Assembly (NCBI RefSeq): GCF_009914755.1
Contig: NC_060931.1
Origin: the human T2T-CHM13v2.0 reference genome, Homo sapiens
Strand: one strand, 5' to 3'
DNA length: 64,000 nt
Position 1 is the first letter of the stretch. The number at the start of each line of letters is the position of its first letter. Under the pieces are notes generated by a model. The model had not been told where the DNA came from. It searched no databases and was given only the letters and a program-made list of their open reading frames with translations. Made by a program: the position numbers and the translations under genes. Positions 29,798-44,468 of the stretch are shown one piece after another.

Positions 29798-30120
29798 CAG
29801 TCGGCCCTCCATATCCATGGGTTTCACATTCACAGATTCAAACAACCGTGAACCAAAAATTTTTTTTTTAAAAACCCATAAAAATATAACAGTAAAAAAT
29901 ACCAATAAAAACAATGTGTAGTATAACAACTCTTTACATAGCATTTATACTGGACTAGGTATTATAAATAATCCAGAGATGACTTAAAGTATATGGGAAG
30001 ATGTGTGTAGGCTAAATACAAATACTGCACCATTTCATATTAGGGACTTAAGCAGACATGGATTTTGGTATCCTCTGGGGTCCTGGAACCAATCTTTGGG
30101 ATTACTAAGGGATGACTCTA
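29798..30120. mobile_element. Tigger3a-like (MER7) element
   Basis: CAGTCGGCCCTCCATATCCATGGG ... GGAACCAATC..GGGATGACTC termini. Confidence 0.8.
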
Positions 30121-31007
30121 TAGTAAAATTGGGAAAATAACATGAGCTACTTATGTTATAAATAGGCATGGGAGCTAGGCATGGGATATGAGCTGTGAAG
30201 CAACCTGAAGTTAGTGATTTTTACATATGTTTTCTATCTCCCACTCCTAAAAAATCTTGGGAAAGCCTGCATCTTAAAGTATATTTAAGAAGAAACCAGA
30301 GAAGTTCCACCTAAGAATGCAGAGAAATTGCATACATTTAAGTGTCAAACTTAAAATTATGGAAATTGTTTGCAGATTGTACTATTCTATAAATCCATTT
30401 TAGATTTTTAAATTAGTTTCTAAACCTACAAATTCTTTGAAAATAGGCCACCTGGGGCTCACATATACATGATTACTTCAATTAAACAATAATGATGATA
30501 ATATTGGTCATATTATATTTATAGCATATCTCAATATATCAGTACTTACTATATTTTATTTAATTCCCAGAAAAGTCTTATAAAGTAGGTAACTATGATT
30601 TTTTCCCAGTACTTAGATGAGACTATGAGGCACAGAAATGTTAAAAAAAAATTGTCTGGCTATGGGGTCCCAAGTAGCCCGAGTTGGGATATAAACCTAG
30701 TCATTCTGATCTTCTCCACTCCTTGTTCTATCTCTCTTCATTGTGAAAAGGAGTGGCTTGATGTAGTTCAAAAGGAAACTGGTTTGAGAATAAGAAGATA
30801 GGATTCCATGTCTGATTGACCTACTCTGTGATCTTGAGTTAGTCACTCAGCCTCTCTGAACCTTACTGTCTTCTTTAAACACTAAAGATCAGACATAATA
30901 TGACATTACAATTTTCCTTGTAGTAATGAGTTGCAGAGGGAATGCATGTTGAAAATCACTTTAGAATCTCACAGATATGTCATTCTTCTGAAGGGCATCA
31001 TTAAGAC

Positions 31008-31147
31008 ATATATGTATACACACACACGCATATACTCTCTCTCTGCGTGTGTGTGTGTATATATATAGTGTATATATATGTGTGTGTATATCTATAGTGT
31101 ATATATATGTGTGTATATATAGTGTATATATATGTGTGTATATATAT

Positions 31148-31179
<32 letters not shown>

Positions 31180-31226
31180 AAATATATATATATATATCGT
31201 GTATATATTGACAGGTACATATATAT
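31008..31226. repeat. Compound (TA)/(TG) low-complexity repeat
   Basis: GTGTGTATATATATAGTGTATATATAT units. Confidence 0.9.
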
Positions 31227-34200
31227 TTTTTTCCTAAAACAAAGAGGATAGGGATTCATTTTGCATTTTTGTGTAAGTTTTATAGATAACTATTTTTCTT
31301 TTGTCAGAAAATACCACTCATCTTCCCCATCCTCCTCGTAGTTGTAGAGAACTTGCATGAAAGTCAGGTTCACCAGACAGGTTTAACTTTTTTTTTTTTT
31401 TTTTAACACTAACCTGTGTCCTATAGAGGATGCCCCATCTGGCTCCTTGATCCTTTGTGATCTAGATGGGTCTTTTTAGCTCTTGATCGGAAGCAGAATG
31501 GTTCTGAGACAAGCAGCTTAGACCCTTTGGGAAATTAATCAGGCAGAGGAGGCAGTTCTGAGTCTCTAACAGGTACATTAAGGAGCATTCTGAAGCTTGT
31601 CTAGCTTGACAGGAAATTGCCTGGGGGAACTCTAAGAAATCCAGACAGGCTTGGCTAAGGCAGGCATTGAAGTTTGCAGTTGCTTAGATTATCCTATATT
31701 GTTAGAATATAGAAAAACTTCAGTCCTAGAAGATGCAATCCATTTGGTACATGATATTGATGGTACTGCAGATATTAATAACAAATTAGGTGGGTACTGG
31801 AAGGTCCTCAGTGTGGCCCTACCCTCTTATAGGGTCCTTCATGCTCTTTCCCAGCCTTCTCTCCAAGCTAAACAAGACTTGTTAGACAGATATGTGTATG
31901 AAGCTAGAATAGAACTGTGGCTCTTGAGGAGTAGTGGTATGTGATTATCTCTGGTAGGTGGTAGAACAGTAGTGAGTGAGTGCCATCCAGGAGGGGGCCA
32001 GAGGGGAGCAGTGTGGCTACCTCCTCCCTCCCTGCAGCCCCAGGTCCCACGGTCTTCACAGTCGCGGCCACTGCCCTCCGTCAGCACCTCACCATCTCTC
32101 AGGGGGACAAGTGCCACAGAATCTTGACTGTTTTGGAGGCTGTCCTTGGGCCTTCCTGGTGTCAGTCCAACCTCTTCATCACGACCAGGGCTGTCTTACC
32201 AAACACCAAGTTGGTCACCATCAGCACCCATGGATAGCAGGATAAAATCTAAACTCCTCAGCCTAACATCAAAACCCCTTCACATCTGATTTCAATCTTC
32301 CTGGTCCCCCTGGAGGGGGCTGGATCTCACAATAGTCTTGTAATAGTCCACTCTCCCATCTTGACTGATTGCTGATCTGCCTGTAGGGAGCCAGAAAAGA
32401 CAAAGATGAGGAAACTGGGCCAGATGGAGACCAGTCATGCTCTTCTCTGTTTCTCCATTTTACCTGCCCCTTAGCCACCCAGACACTGTTTGCAGTGGCT
32501 CCCACCTTCTAATCTTGAAGGAGTTTACTTCTTTAAAATCCACAACTCCTGTAGTGCTTTCTCACTCTGTAATCTGTATATCCCCACAAAGCAAGAAGAT
32601 TTTTGTCAAATCTGACCTTCTGTAATTTGTGTTTAAAAAACATTGAATATGAGTTTTCAAACAACTATGTATAACTCCCACTTCCAAAGGACAATCTGAA
32701 ACAACTCTTATCTCCTCCTTCCTTAAGAGTCACATCAGGAGGTTTTAATGATACATTAACTCATCAAAAATATTAATTAAGCTTCTAAGATAGAACTAGA
32801 ATTAAACTCAGATTCCCCACTATCTACTTCGCACAGACAGTGTTTCATGCTTGCCTCTGGCTTTACTCTGTTGGCTGCCAACCGTTGGCCCCAACGAGAG
32901 GGGGATTTACAGTGAAAATAGTGGAGCTTACATTTTAGGGCCTATGCTTTGACTGTGTCCTTCCCAAGTCTCTGCAAATAGCTATAGCAATGTGATACAT
33001 GGTTACAGGTTTGTAAAGCTGGTAAAAGTGAGACATTTTAACTGCATTAGGACCAGAGTCTCTTTCTCTTCTGATTTCCCTTCTGTGATACCTCCTTTGG
33101 TGACAGGAAGTGCTAGAATAGGTATTCGTAATTTCAATTGAGGATACATTCAGTGAGTTCAGTGGGATTCATTAATGCACTTTACAATCACTCCTGTGTA
33201 CAGTTAAGTTACTGTGTATGGATCATGATATTCTTACGGAGCGTCTGGAACCAGAATCTCTTGGGACAGGGCCAGAGAGGGCAGGCTTCATGAGGTCTGG
33301 GAGTAAGGCTTTCAGTTGTGTGTGTGTTTGTTGGCTTATCATTGAGTCCCCCGAACTGCATTGGCTCAGAGTAGGTGTTTAATAAATGCTCATGAAATGA
33401 ATTTTTATGCACAGGAAGCCTTGAGAATGACTGTTTCTGCTTATTTAGTATCTTACAGAGCAAGACTGCAGATCAAGATTTTCCAACGTGGTGCTGACTT
33501 TTTTGAGAACAGTTAATGAGAACTAGGAAAGTCCTTGCAGACCATCCAGTCCAGCGGCTTTCAAATGGAAAATGTGAAAGGACAACAGAATTACATGGAT
33601 TCTTTTCTGAACTGCTTTTTTCCAGTGATGCCATATTCTATAAGACTTCATGTGAAGGTGTGGAGGACGGGTAATGTCTGAATCTTCCAGGCAATGAGAG
33701 GGATGGTGTGAGTCTGGAAATTCTTTGTGATGGTCTGAGACTCCCCTTACTCCAGTTAAGAACACTGACTTAATTCGATCTGGTTTTTTTAACAAATGGC
33801 CTCTGAGACGTAGAGCAGTGAGGATAAGGACTCTTACCCGGTTACAGAGTGGAGTAAGGGCTAGAACTCAACTCTTAAAAATTTCAAATGCAATGTTCTT
33901 TCTACAATATTGTGCCTACTTCTTCACTTCTGCTTATAGGCAACTTCCTTTTCCTTTAATTCTCTAATATTTGGAGGGCACGTCACAACTTATACACTTG
34001 CTCTATATGTTTTACATTGCTTCTCATGGTTTCTCATGCATAAGTATAGTATTTTCTTATATTTTAAATTTTCTAAGAACAGGTAACCTATTTTAAACTC
34101 CCCTTGCAATTATGCAGGTAACTAACACATTGATGATAAGCTAATATTAAGAGAGCAAAATAGTTGATGATTAGTTTATTAGTATCTCAAAATAATCCAT

Positions 34201-35220
34201 TTGATGTGCTAAGGTGCTATTAGTTACAACATTTCAAGTATACATGCAATTCTTGTTAGAAATATTATCCACCTTTTGAAATACATGTTGATTAAAGACT
34301 AACATGGGCTGTGGGCATAGGTACAGTAACAGCATACCATAGGCCGGAGAAAGAGTTGACTTTGGAGGTCCAAGATCAAGAAGCAGGATGTCTAACAGGG
34401 CTCTTGAGAATTCTAGGGCAGCCGGTACTCGAAAGGCAAGATTTGATTGTGAATGATTTCATGCAACTCCGTTGGTTAATAAGCAAATCCTGCCCACACT
34501 TGTGGATAACATGGAAGCTACCTGAGCAGGTAAAGGCTAAGACAGAAGATCCATGAACAGAACTGGAGTTTTGATAATTCACCAGGAACTTGGTTACTTT
34601 GTTGTACCTTTTATGCTTTTATATTTCTTCTTCCCTTTCATTTCCATGCAACGTATTTATAACTTGTAGCTAGATTTTTAGATTACTGCCAGACAAATTC
34701 AGTCAATTTAATTAATTAGGCAAATTAAAGTGAAAATTATGTTTTAGGGGCTGTTAAAATTTATAAGACGTTAGCACATTCTTCTCATGTGCTTTTATTA
34801 TTATTACAAATGTTGTTTCATAATTAGCCATGTGTTAATTGTTAGCTTGGGGAATGATTTACGTGTTTAAAATTGGGAGAAATCATTTTGGCTATGGCTA
34901 CCTCTTTTAATTTACTTACATATTTTTTTCCCATCACACAGTGTTTGACTTTTACAACCACATAAATTTTGATTAGAACCTGAAATAATTCAGTAAAACA
35001 AGATGATGGTTTTTTGTTCTGCTCAATCTTTGTATCATAACCTTCACTTCTCAATGCTCAAATGATGGAATGAAAAGTGGACAATTCTTGACTGCATCGT
35101 GCTGCCCTTGTGTTGCTGTACTGTTATTTCACACTTGATACATTCACATTTTTTCTATTCTTATGAATTTTCTCAAAAATTGTACTCTAAAGTGCATGAG
35201 GACAGAGACTATGTCTTATT

Positions 35221-35665
35221 TTATTTTATTTTATTTATTACTTCAAGTTCTTGGATACATGTGCAGAATGTGTAGGTTTGCTACATAGGAATACGTGTGC
35301 CATGGTGGTTTGCTGCGCACCTATCAACCCGTCATCTGGGTTTTAAGCCCCGTATGCATTAGGTATTTGTCCTAATGCTCTCCCTCCCCTTCCTCCCAAC
35401 CTCCCAACAGGCTGGTGTGTGATGTTCTCCTACCTATGTTCATGTGTTCTCATTGTTCAATTCCCACTTATGAGTGAGAACGTGTGGTGTTTGGTTTTCT
35501 GATCTTGTGTTAGTTTGCTGAGAATGATGGTTTCCAGCTTCATCCATGTCCCTGCAAAGGACATGAACTCATTCTTTTTTATGGCTGCCTAGTGTTCCAT
35601 GGTGTATATGTGCCACATTTTCTTTATCCAGTCTATCGTTGATGGGCATTTGGGTTGGTTCCAAG
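35221..35665 (-). mobile_element. 5'-truncated L1PA 3' end
   Basis: L1PA 3' UTR antisense; TSD AGAGACTATGTCTTATT at 35204-35220 and 35678-35694; ~12 extra purine-rich nt at the 5' junction. Confidence 0.93.
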
Positions 35666-35747
35666 AAGAGGAGAGAAAGAGACTATGTCTTATTAATTCT
35701 ATTAGGTTGGTGTCTAATTCTATTAGGTTGGTGTCTTATTAATTCTA

Positions 35748-35827
35748 TTAGGTTGGTGCAAAAGTAATTGTGGTTTTTGCCATTACTTTCAATTGCAAAA
35801 ACTGCAATGACTTTTGCATCAATATAA
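35748..35827. mobile_element. MADE1 (Hsmar1-derived MITE)
   Basis: TTAGGTTGGTGCAAAAGTAATTG...CAATGACTTTTGCATCAATATAA, ~80-bp palindrome. Confidence 0.93.
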
Positions 35828-35839
35828 TACATGTCTTGT

Positions 35840-36020
35840 AGTAGTAGTTTCCAAACTAGCCACATCAGAATCACCCAAGGTGTCTTTTAAAAAACCTAGA
35901 ATCTAAGATCTCAGCTTGGGAATTCTGAAAAGTTTTAAGAAGGGTCTCAAGATTCCGATTTTTTTAAAAGCTCATCCAGATAATTTTTCTGGACAGTTGA
36001 TTTTGAAATTCACTGGTCTA
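35840..36020. mobile_element. MER5-like MITE
   Basis: AGTAGTTTCCAAACT..CATCAGAATCACCC..TTTGAAATTCACTGGTCTA. Confidence 0.6.
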
Positions 36021-36148
36021 TAGCATGAAACACTGCCTTGCATTTAGTAATTGCTCAAAGTGTTCTTTTGTTTATTTTGAAACTTACATCACTCAAGAGA
36101 GCCATGTAAACCAGGTCTAGCGTGTTTACTTCATTATTTTCTCTTCTT

Positions 36149-36421
36149 TTTATTTTATTTTACTCTAAGTTCTGGGATACATGTGCTAATCATGCAGGTT
36201 TGTTACATAGGTATACATAGCTTCTGCACAGCAAAAGAAACTATCATCAGAGTGAACAGGCAACCTACAAAATAGGAGAAAATTTTTGCGATCTATCCAT
36301 CTGACAAAATTCGAATAACCAGAATCTATAAGGAACTTAAACAAATTTACAAGAAAAAAACAAACAACCCCATCAAAAAGTGGGTGAAGGATATGAACAG
36401 ACACTTCTCAAAAGAAGACAT
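36149..36421 (-). mobile_element. L1PA with 5' inversion (twin priming)
   Basis: Antisense L1 3' end 36149-36218 joined to a sense ORF2 piece 36219-36421; TSD TTATTTTCTCTTCTT at 36134-36148 and 36422-36436. Confidence 0.9.
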
Positions 36422-37647
36422 TTATTTTCTCTTCTTGGTGCTTTGCCTTGCTTCACTGACTACCTGACAAAAACCAATTCAGATGCATTCTTTTTTTGTT
36501 TTATGGTGCATATTGACAAAATAACCAAGACTTTTTATTGCTTCTTCAAAACTACTTGAAAAATCTGATGGTGCTTTTTAAAATTTGCATTAGCGCTTTA
36601 TGGTACAAGACCACCCTGTTGCCTATGTTTTCTGGCTGGAAGTGTTGGATATATCTTGGAAGACTGATGCAAGACAAATGTCTACCCACATTGACACTGT
36701 CCTTTGGATCCTGGTGGCTGCTGCTGTTTTCAGAGTCTTCTTCCACTTTAAACATACTCTAAATGATGTATTTGTTCCAGGAAGCTATCTTATCTCTGAT
36801 TACTCTCTGCTGCCTGGCCTTCTGATTGCTTCTCTTTCCAACTGCCATTTTCCAGATCATCATATGGCAGTTATCCATTCTTGGTGCATGGCCAGTCCAT
36901 TGAAATTATGACAGAAAACTCTGCAGTTGTCAACTGCGTGAATGATTTGCTTTAGCATTGAGTAGTTTAGTCTCATTCCCATATTTGTTATGGGTTACTC
37001 TGTCTTGCAATTTTAAATTCAAAAAGCATTGTTTCCAGCATTGAGGAAACTTTTCAAGAAGCTTAATGTTTTGGTTGCTTAGTGTACTTAGCTTCCTAGA
37101 GGTGTGTAGAAATGTGTTCCTGGCTTATACTTCATGGGTCACGAGTAGAGTCACTAAAGTTTAGGAACAAAAAATCAAAAGATGTGGGTTGGTAGAGGAT
37201 GAGTGAAAAAATAACAAATAGGAGTGAGGAATACTTAAGAGAGAGTACCGAAGAGATGGAGAGGGAAAAAAAGTACTAACTACAAAGAACCTAGAGAGGT
37301 TATCTTAAGAGGTTTTGCAGTAAGGGGATAATTCATTAAGAATATTTCAAAGATTATATCTGACAGGTGAGCCCTTGGGCCAAGAGCCTTTTGCAGATTT
37401 GGGCTGTGTCTCTTCCCCCTTTCCCCACCCCCATTCTTATTTATATCCTTTGAAATGTCATGAGAAGATTATTTCCTTTACAACCATTTTTTCCCCAATT
37501 AGTCTAATGCAGAGATTTTTAATATATGACTGGTGGATTTACAAGTTAAGCACTGGTCCTTGAATCCTCTAGAATGGTTTGTAAAATTTGTATTTTATCT
37601 TCATGTTTCTCCTCCAGGGGGAAGTCCAAAAGTTAATCATATTCTGA

Positions 37648-38009
<362 letters not shown>

Positions 38010-39004
38010 CTGTTTTTTTTTTTTTTTTTTAATTAAAATTTTAGAAGATCAACTAACAGTGGACCCCATCCATGGAAACCTGTCACTGAGTAACATATTC
38101 TCCAGATAACAGTCAGCAGAGTCCTGGGAATTAGGCTGATGACAGTAGCTGGTCGCTGGGCTGATGCTTCCATCCTTTACCATTTAGTCGTTTTGGAGCT
38201 TGATCAGTGTTACCTTTTGTCTCTCATCGTCTCAAAGGAGTCTTAAACCTTTGGATGTCATTTTCCAGTTTCTTGTGAACAAAACACCAGTGACTTGTTT
38301 TTTATTTTTTTCCCTCTTTTCTTCTTTTTCACATAGGCAATTGATATCTGAGATGCTTTTCAGACTTGAATTACAGGTGCAGACCATTTGTTGTATTTAG
38401 GGTTTCTCTCCTGCAAGCTGGAAAATAGATCGTGTTTGCATTTTTAGCATTTTAAAAATGCTAGTGCATTAGCTGATTTGCAAATTATTTTGTAACTACT
38501 TGAATGTAAACATTTTTCCAGGGTCAGTTTCAGGAACACAACTTTCAGTACATACCCACCCTTAGATGACTACAGTTATCTTTAGGACTTTTGATAATGT
38601 TTACAGTTTCCTGCCTGAAAGAATTTTACTGATGTCAGGAAGTATATTCTGATACAGCTTTTAGGTCCCCTGATAACTCCCTGAGCATAGCTACGTAATC
38701 TCTCTGACAAATGGTAATTTGTCAGTCTGTGGCAGAAGCAGGATTTTCATCAGTCTGGCAAAAACTTCTGAGCTAATAAGTTACTGGTTCTGAGTTTATT
38801 CTCAAATGGGTGATAGCTGCCCATTCCTCTATTCTCTGAGTTCCTGAAGAGAATCAGCAGAAACTAAAAGTAGGAAAAGAGAGGAGATGAGATTAGTGAT
38901 GAAATGTAATAAATGGAAACTGTTAAACAGCCCTTGCCTATCGATAGTGGGGTTGGCTGATGTGTCTGAGAAGGAAAAACCACAGCTTAAAATGAGTACA
39001 GCCA

Positions 39005-39305
<301 letters not shown>

Positions 39306-41984
39306 CTACAGCCATAAGTAACCATTTCACCATGGGGGAAAATTCTGTGTGTCCTTTACATAGATTTTATTGTAGAAGTTATTGCTCCAGAGATTTATAT
39401 CTTGCATTTACTTATTATTTACTTATTTCATTTATGGAAAGCAGTATGAAAACCTATCTACTGTATAGAATATGTAATTGTTTGGAGTAAAGTTTTAAAA
39501 AATTTACTTTCAGACCCTGCTTGATGCTCATTAATTCCTTGTTTTCAGATTGCTTAATACCCATTTCCTATTTCATATCTTAAATTACTTCAATTATTAT
39601 TCAAATTTGCCTAATGGTAGTCATTTTATCCCCCAACATAGAATAGTCATATGGATTTATGTTTATATCTATCTCTACCTCTTAGCAAATAGCCATAAGC
39701 CCATAGTAATAAATGATCCCCTTGAAAACCATAAGTTCTTTTGTTTATGTTTATCAGTGCAGGGATTAGGGCTACCAGTGAGTAAGGCCAGAGAATTGTC
39801 CAGGTAAAAGAGGTTCTGAAGATAACAAGGTTGAGAGAAGTGAGGAAGTCTGTGGATAAGGGAAGCACACCAGGTTTAGGACCTTAACAAGGAGATGGAG
39901 GAACACAGAAGAAATAAAGAGCAAAGGAGCTCAGCCAGATTAGCATCTGGAGAGGCAGACAGAAAGAATTCTGAGGCCTGGAAAACACACATAGGTAAAG
40001 ATGAGTAACAAGTGTCAGAAAAGTGGCCAAGAGGGCCAGGTAGAAAAAATCAGAACCAGACCCAGTGTCCGGACAGCAGATTCAATTAGAAAATGTGCAG
40101 AAAAAATAAAAGACCATGTTAACATGTATTGTGAGCCTGACTATGATACGCTGTTTGCACTGGACCAGGATGAAGTCAGCATGAGGCAGTACTGAGCCCA
40201 CAGGCAGGGAAAATAGGAGAGGCAGATGGAGCAGGAGGCCAGGCAGTGCCTGGCTCCACCTTTGGCAGAATTTCATCTGGACCTCGTTGGATTGCTTATC
40301 TTTGCATTTTCTAGACATCCTTTATCTTTTTAACTTATTGGTCAATGGCATATATATATTGCACCATGCAGCTCAAGCAACCAACCCTTTTGTACTTTTT
40401 TATTTAGAAAAAAAGTAAGACTCTGTTGGGAGGCTTTTACTGTCTGCTCTTTTCTGATTCATTTCAACTTTATTTAATCTATACAAGACCAAATAAAATG
40501 CAGCATTCTTGTCCCAATTGTAATAGATCTTATGTTGACACATTGCTGCCATTGTCCTGTGAAACGAGTAAAAGGAATTGCCGTAAGAGGGTCTTTCTGT
40601 GCCAGTTTTTCCTTCTGAGTTTTTGTTGCTTTTGGAAACATCCTCATGTGACCTCCTTTACTGATAAGATTTTAACGGGCCAAGTGCAAATCTAGGCATT
40701 ACTTTAGAATTTGCAGTTTAGACATTTACTGTTGAGTTGAGTATACATACTACAGGGTATAGAGGTAAGTAATGAGACTATGTTCACATTTTGAAATAAG
40801 TGCTCTTCTGCCAGGGTTACACGAGGACACCTTCGTTTACCAGTTTGATTGATCTTCTAAGAAGGTTCAAATGAGGAACAGCTAATGCTACTGATTCCTC
40901 TCTCACAGTGATTGAAAAGGGATTTCCAACAGTTCAAGTCAGAGTGAAGGAATAGGAAAATTTCAGGCATAGGCAAGGAGCTGGTCAATAGCATGTTGCA
41001 AGAGTCTCGAGGAGCAAAAGTCTCTTATTTACATTCTGGTTTCATGCACCAAAGAATCAGGTTTTCTATTAGAATGATACAAAAAAATGGATGATAATGA
41101 TACTGATTGGATACTCAGACAGAAAGATGCTCCCTGGCATGAGTGACTGTGGGTGGAGGTAGGTATGAGAGGCTGGTGGTGGGCAGCCATGTTAGCAGAG
41201 AGAGGTAAAAACAGTTGATCAGGCGAGAAAGATGAAGTTCTAATGTTGTTGGATCTTGGCTGATTTTGAAACACTAAACAGTCCCTCCCAGCATCTCCCT
41301 GTCATCACTGCTTTGTTTTCCCCAGTCCCTTGCTTGTGGTTCTGGCTCTCTTGCCTCGAGTCAGCCTTTGGACCTGAGTTTTTTCCTTTGGCTTTTGGTT
41401 GGAGGACATGATGACCTCACAGATGGTCTTCATAAATCAGCCACTGTGCTCCCAGGAATCTTTGATTCTACTCTCTAGTTCGTCTCCTTGACTGTGCCCT
41501 GAAACCTGGCTCACTCTATTAAGTCATGCTGGATATTGTGGGGTCATTTTCTACCCCTCATGCATGTCCCTGACCCACTTGTTTTCTCTGAAAGTCGATT
41601 TTCATTTTCTGTAACTCTATGTCTTTGCTCTTCTCCCTCTGCCCCATAGCTGTCAACCCAGCTGCATGCAGCCAACCCAAACCCTTTGTAATTTTTCTCT
41701 TCAGTGATTCACAATATATGTCCTCTCTGACTTGGGAGCAAATTAATGTTAAGGATTTTGCACTTAAAATTTAATATAGCATCATTGGCTCTGAGTCGAG
41801 GAGTGGGTATTATGCCAAAATACTTATTGTCCCCATGTTGTGTCTAGCAAGTTGGGAATTCTGATATATGGCTATTTTAAACAAAAGTCCAAATGAACTT
41901 TAGAATTGGCTTGAGAAGGAAGAGAGAAAGAATTTTAAATTAAAGCAAAAGAGTCTTTTGTTTTCTACCCCAGTTATACTGAGA

Positions 41985-42619
41985 TGACATAGTTTGGATG
42001 TTTGTGCCCTCCAAATCTCATGTTGAAATGTAATCCCCTGTGTTGGAGATGGGACCTGGTGGGAGGTGTTTGGGTCATGGGGGTGGATTCCTCATGAATA
42101 GCTTGGTACTGTCCTTGCAATAATGAGTGAGTTCTCACTCTGAGTTCATGTGAGATCTGTCTCTTTAAAAGACCGTGACACCTCCCCCTACTCTCTCTCT
42201 TGCTCCCACTCTTACCACATGATGCACCTGCTTCCCCGTTTTCTTCTGCCGTGGGAGTTCCATATGCACCTAACCCTGGAGCTCCCAAATTTATAAAACA
42301 ATTGCTAATAGACATAAGAAATGAGATAGACAGCAACACAATTTGAGTATTGAAGGGGGACTTCAATACTCCACCGACAGCTCTAGATAGGTCATCAAGA
42401 CAGAAAGTCAAAAAAGAAACAATGGATTTAAACTATACCCTGGAACAAATTGACAATCTACCATGTTTGGAAGTTTCCTGAGGCTTCACCAGAAGCAGAT
42501 GCCAACACCACACTTCCTGTACGGACTGCAAAAATGTGAGCCAAATTAAAACCACTTTTCTTTATAAATTATCCAGTCTCAGCTATTCCTTTACAGCAAT
42601 GCAAGAATGGGTTAACACA
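41985..42619 (+). mobile_element. MSTB-like LTR carrying an L1 fragment
   Basis: TGACATAGTTTGGATGTTTGTGCCCTCCAAATCTCATG ... GCAATGCAAGAATGGGTTAACACA. Confidence 0.9.
42261..42454 (+). mobile_element. Internal L1 ORF2 endonuclease fragment (no tail)
   Basis: YAPNPGAPKFIKQLLIDIRNEIDSNT..GDFNTPPTALDRSSRQKV. Confidence 0.9.
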
Positions 42620-43778
42620 TAAGTCTTATGAGTTAACTGATTTGTGACCCTCCAAATACAATAAATAACAAATGAAATATCTAACCATTGGAAGCCCTCT
42701 TTGTGGCTCTGCAGTCAGTTGGATGGAGGCTCACAGGGGCTATAACTACCTCATGAGATCAGCAGGTTATAATCCCTCCTAGGATTATGTAACACACTAT
42801 GCAGATATTTATAATTATATTGTGAAGGAGAAATTAGATGTGCAGGTATACATTTTGAAGTAGGAGGAAATGAAAAGGGACAGTAAGAGTAAAAGGTTTT
42901 GCTGTGATTCTGTTTGGTAAAACCTCTTTTGAACAAAGATTTCCTCAAAGAAATGAGAGCAAAATATAATCAGCTTGAGGGCTCTGAGTATAGCATTGTG
43001 TCATATGGATCAAAAGGAAGCCTAAGCTTTTGATCCCTTTTCTCAGGTGGGGAATGGGATTTAGAGGTATGTCAGTATCTACAAATTCAGTTCTAAGATG
43101 TTGAGAAGAAGCTTTGAAGCCAATAAAAAGCATAAGGCAGGATTTCATTAAAAATAGTTATTGGGGGAACATTGAGCAGTGGTGTGGAATATTGGGCTAG
43201 CGCTGGAATATGGGATTATGCACATACCCTGAGATGCTTCTGCACCCAGCCACACCACAAGCTCTGAAACAGCATGCCTGAAATTCCATTGCTGCGGACC
43301 TCAAGCAGTGACTTCATGACTTTGGGAGCACTGGCAAAATCCGGTGCCTTGATGAGCCATTGGGAATGATGGCTGCAATCTTAACAGTTAAGTCTTTAGT
43401 CAGAGATGAATGAACTCATTTAATACAAAGCTTTTTCAAAATCCACAGGGGTGATTATGTTGACAGTCATAACTAAAAATAGTAATCCCTAAAAGTCTCA
43501 TCCCATATTTACATTGCATTTAAAGGACTATAAATTTGGCATGGTGATTACGTCCTATTGTGTCCAACACTTGGCATTTGAATTACTAAGGACCCATAAC
43601 TTAACCCTCAATACTTTTGAGATAGAATTTATATAAATGATCAATGCTTTATTAAAGGTAATAATGATAGTGTCTTTACCATTTTCCAGTTGACGGAGCA
43701 CTTTTTCATATATTACTTTTTGAAAGAAATAGTTTATTTATAAACTAAAAAAAAAAAAAAGGATGGTGTTCAGCAGTT

Positions 43779-44214
43779 GTGGTATAAATTGTCTCCCCCA
43801 AAATTCAGATTTTGAAATCCTATCCTCTAGTACCTCAGAATGTGACATTATTTGGCAATAGGGTTGTTGCAGATGTAAATAACTTGAGATGCAGTCATTA
43901 GGGTGGGACCAATGCCAGTATGACTGAAGTCCTTATAAAAAGAGGAGATTTGGACACAGGCATGCACACAGGGAGAACGGCACATGAACATGAAGGCAGA
44001 GATCGGGTGATGTGACTACAAGCAGAGGACCGCCAAAGCTTGCCAGCCAACCATTAGAAGCAAGGAGAGAGGCATGAACAGATTCTTCTTCACAGCCTTC
44101 AGAAGGAAGCAACCTGGCTGACAACTTGATCTTGGACTTCTACCCTCCAGAGCTGTGAATCAATACATTTGTGTTTGTGGTATTTTGTTATGGGAGCCCA
44201 AGCTAACTAATACA
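43779..44214 (+). mobile_element. MLT1B/C LTR
   Basis: CAGAATGTGACATTATTTGG..CCTTATAAAAAGAGGAGATTTGGACACAG..AACTAATACA. Confidence 0.85.
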
Positions 44215-44468
44215 GCAGTCAACAACACATCCATGTTATTTGTGATTGTTCTGCAGCCTTGAGTGTTACCTTTTTTTTCTCCCACTTTTCCCTGAAACCT
44301 TCTGAAATTGGATGTTGGTTTCCTTAGAGAAGGTGTGTATGATGGTAAGTTTGGGGGAGGCCTGGGTAAGGAGGGGCAGGATAAGGGGTGTTTTAGGGTG
44401 AATGCCTGAGCCAGCAGAGGATGGTGAATGGTGGCCTGGAGAGAAGAAGCCAGAGAGAAAAAGACAGT

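Noticed and set aside
36540-36950. Overlapping ORFs; possible ancient RTE/L4 LINE 3' remnant on - strand
   Set aside because: Only a faint resemblance to a C-terminal zinc-finger motif; too degenerate to call without a profile search.
38300-38400. Polypyrimidine tract plus AG as a host exon acceptor
   Set aside because: No matching donor or coding frame could be supported.
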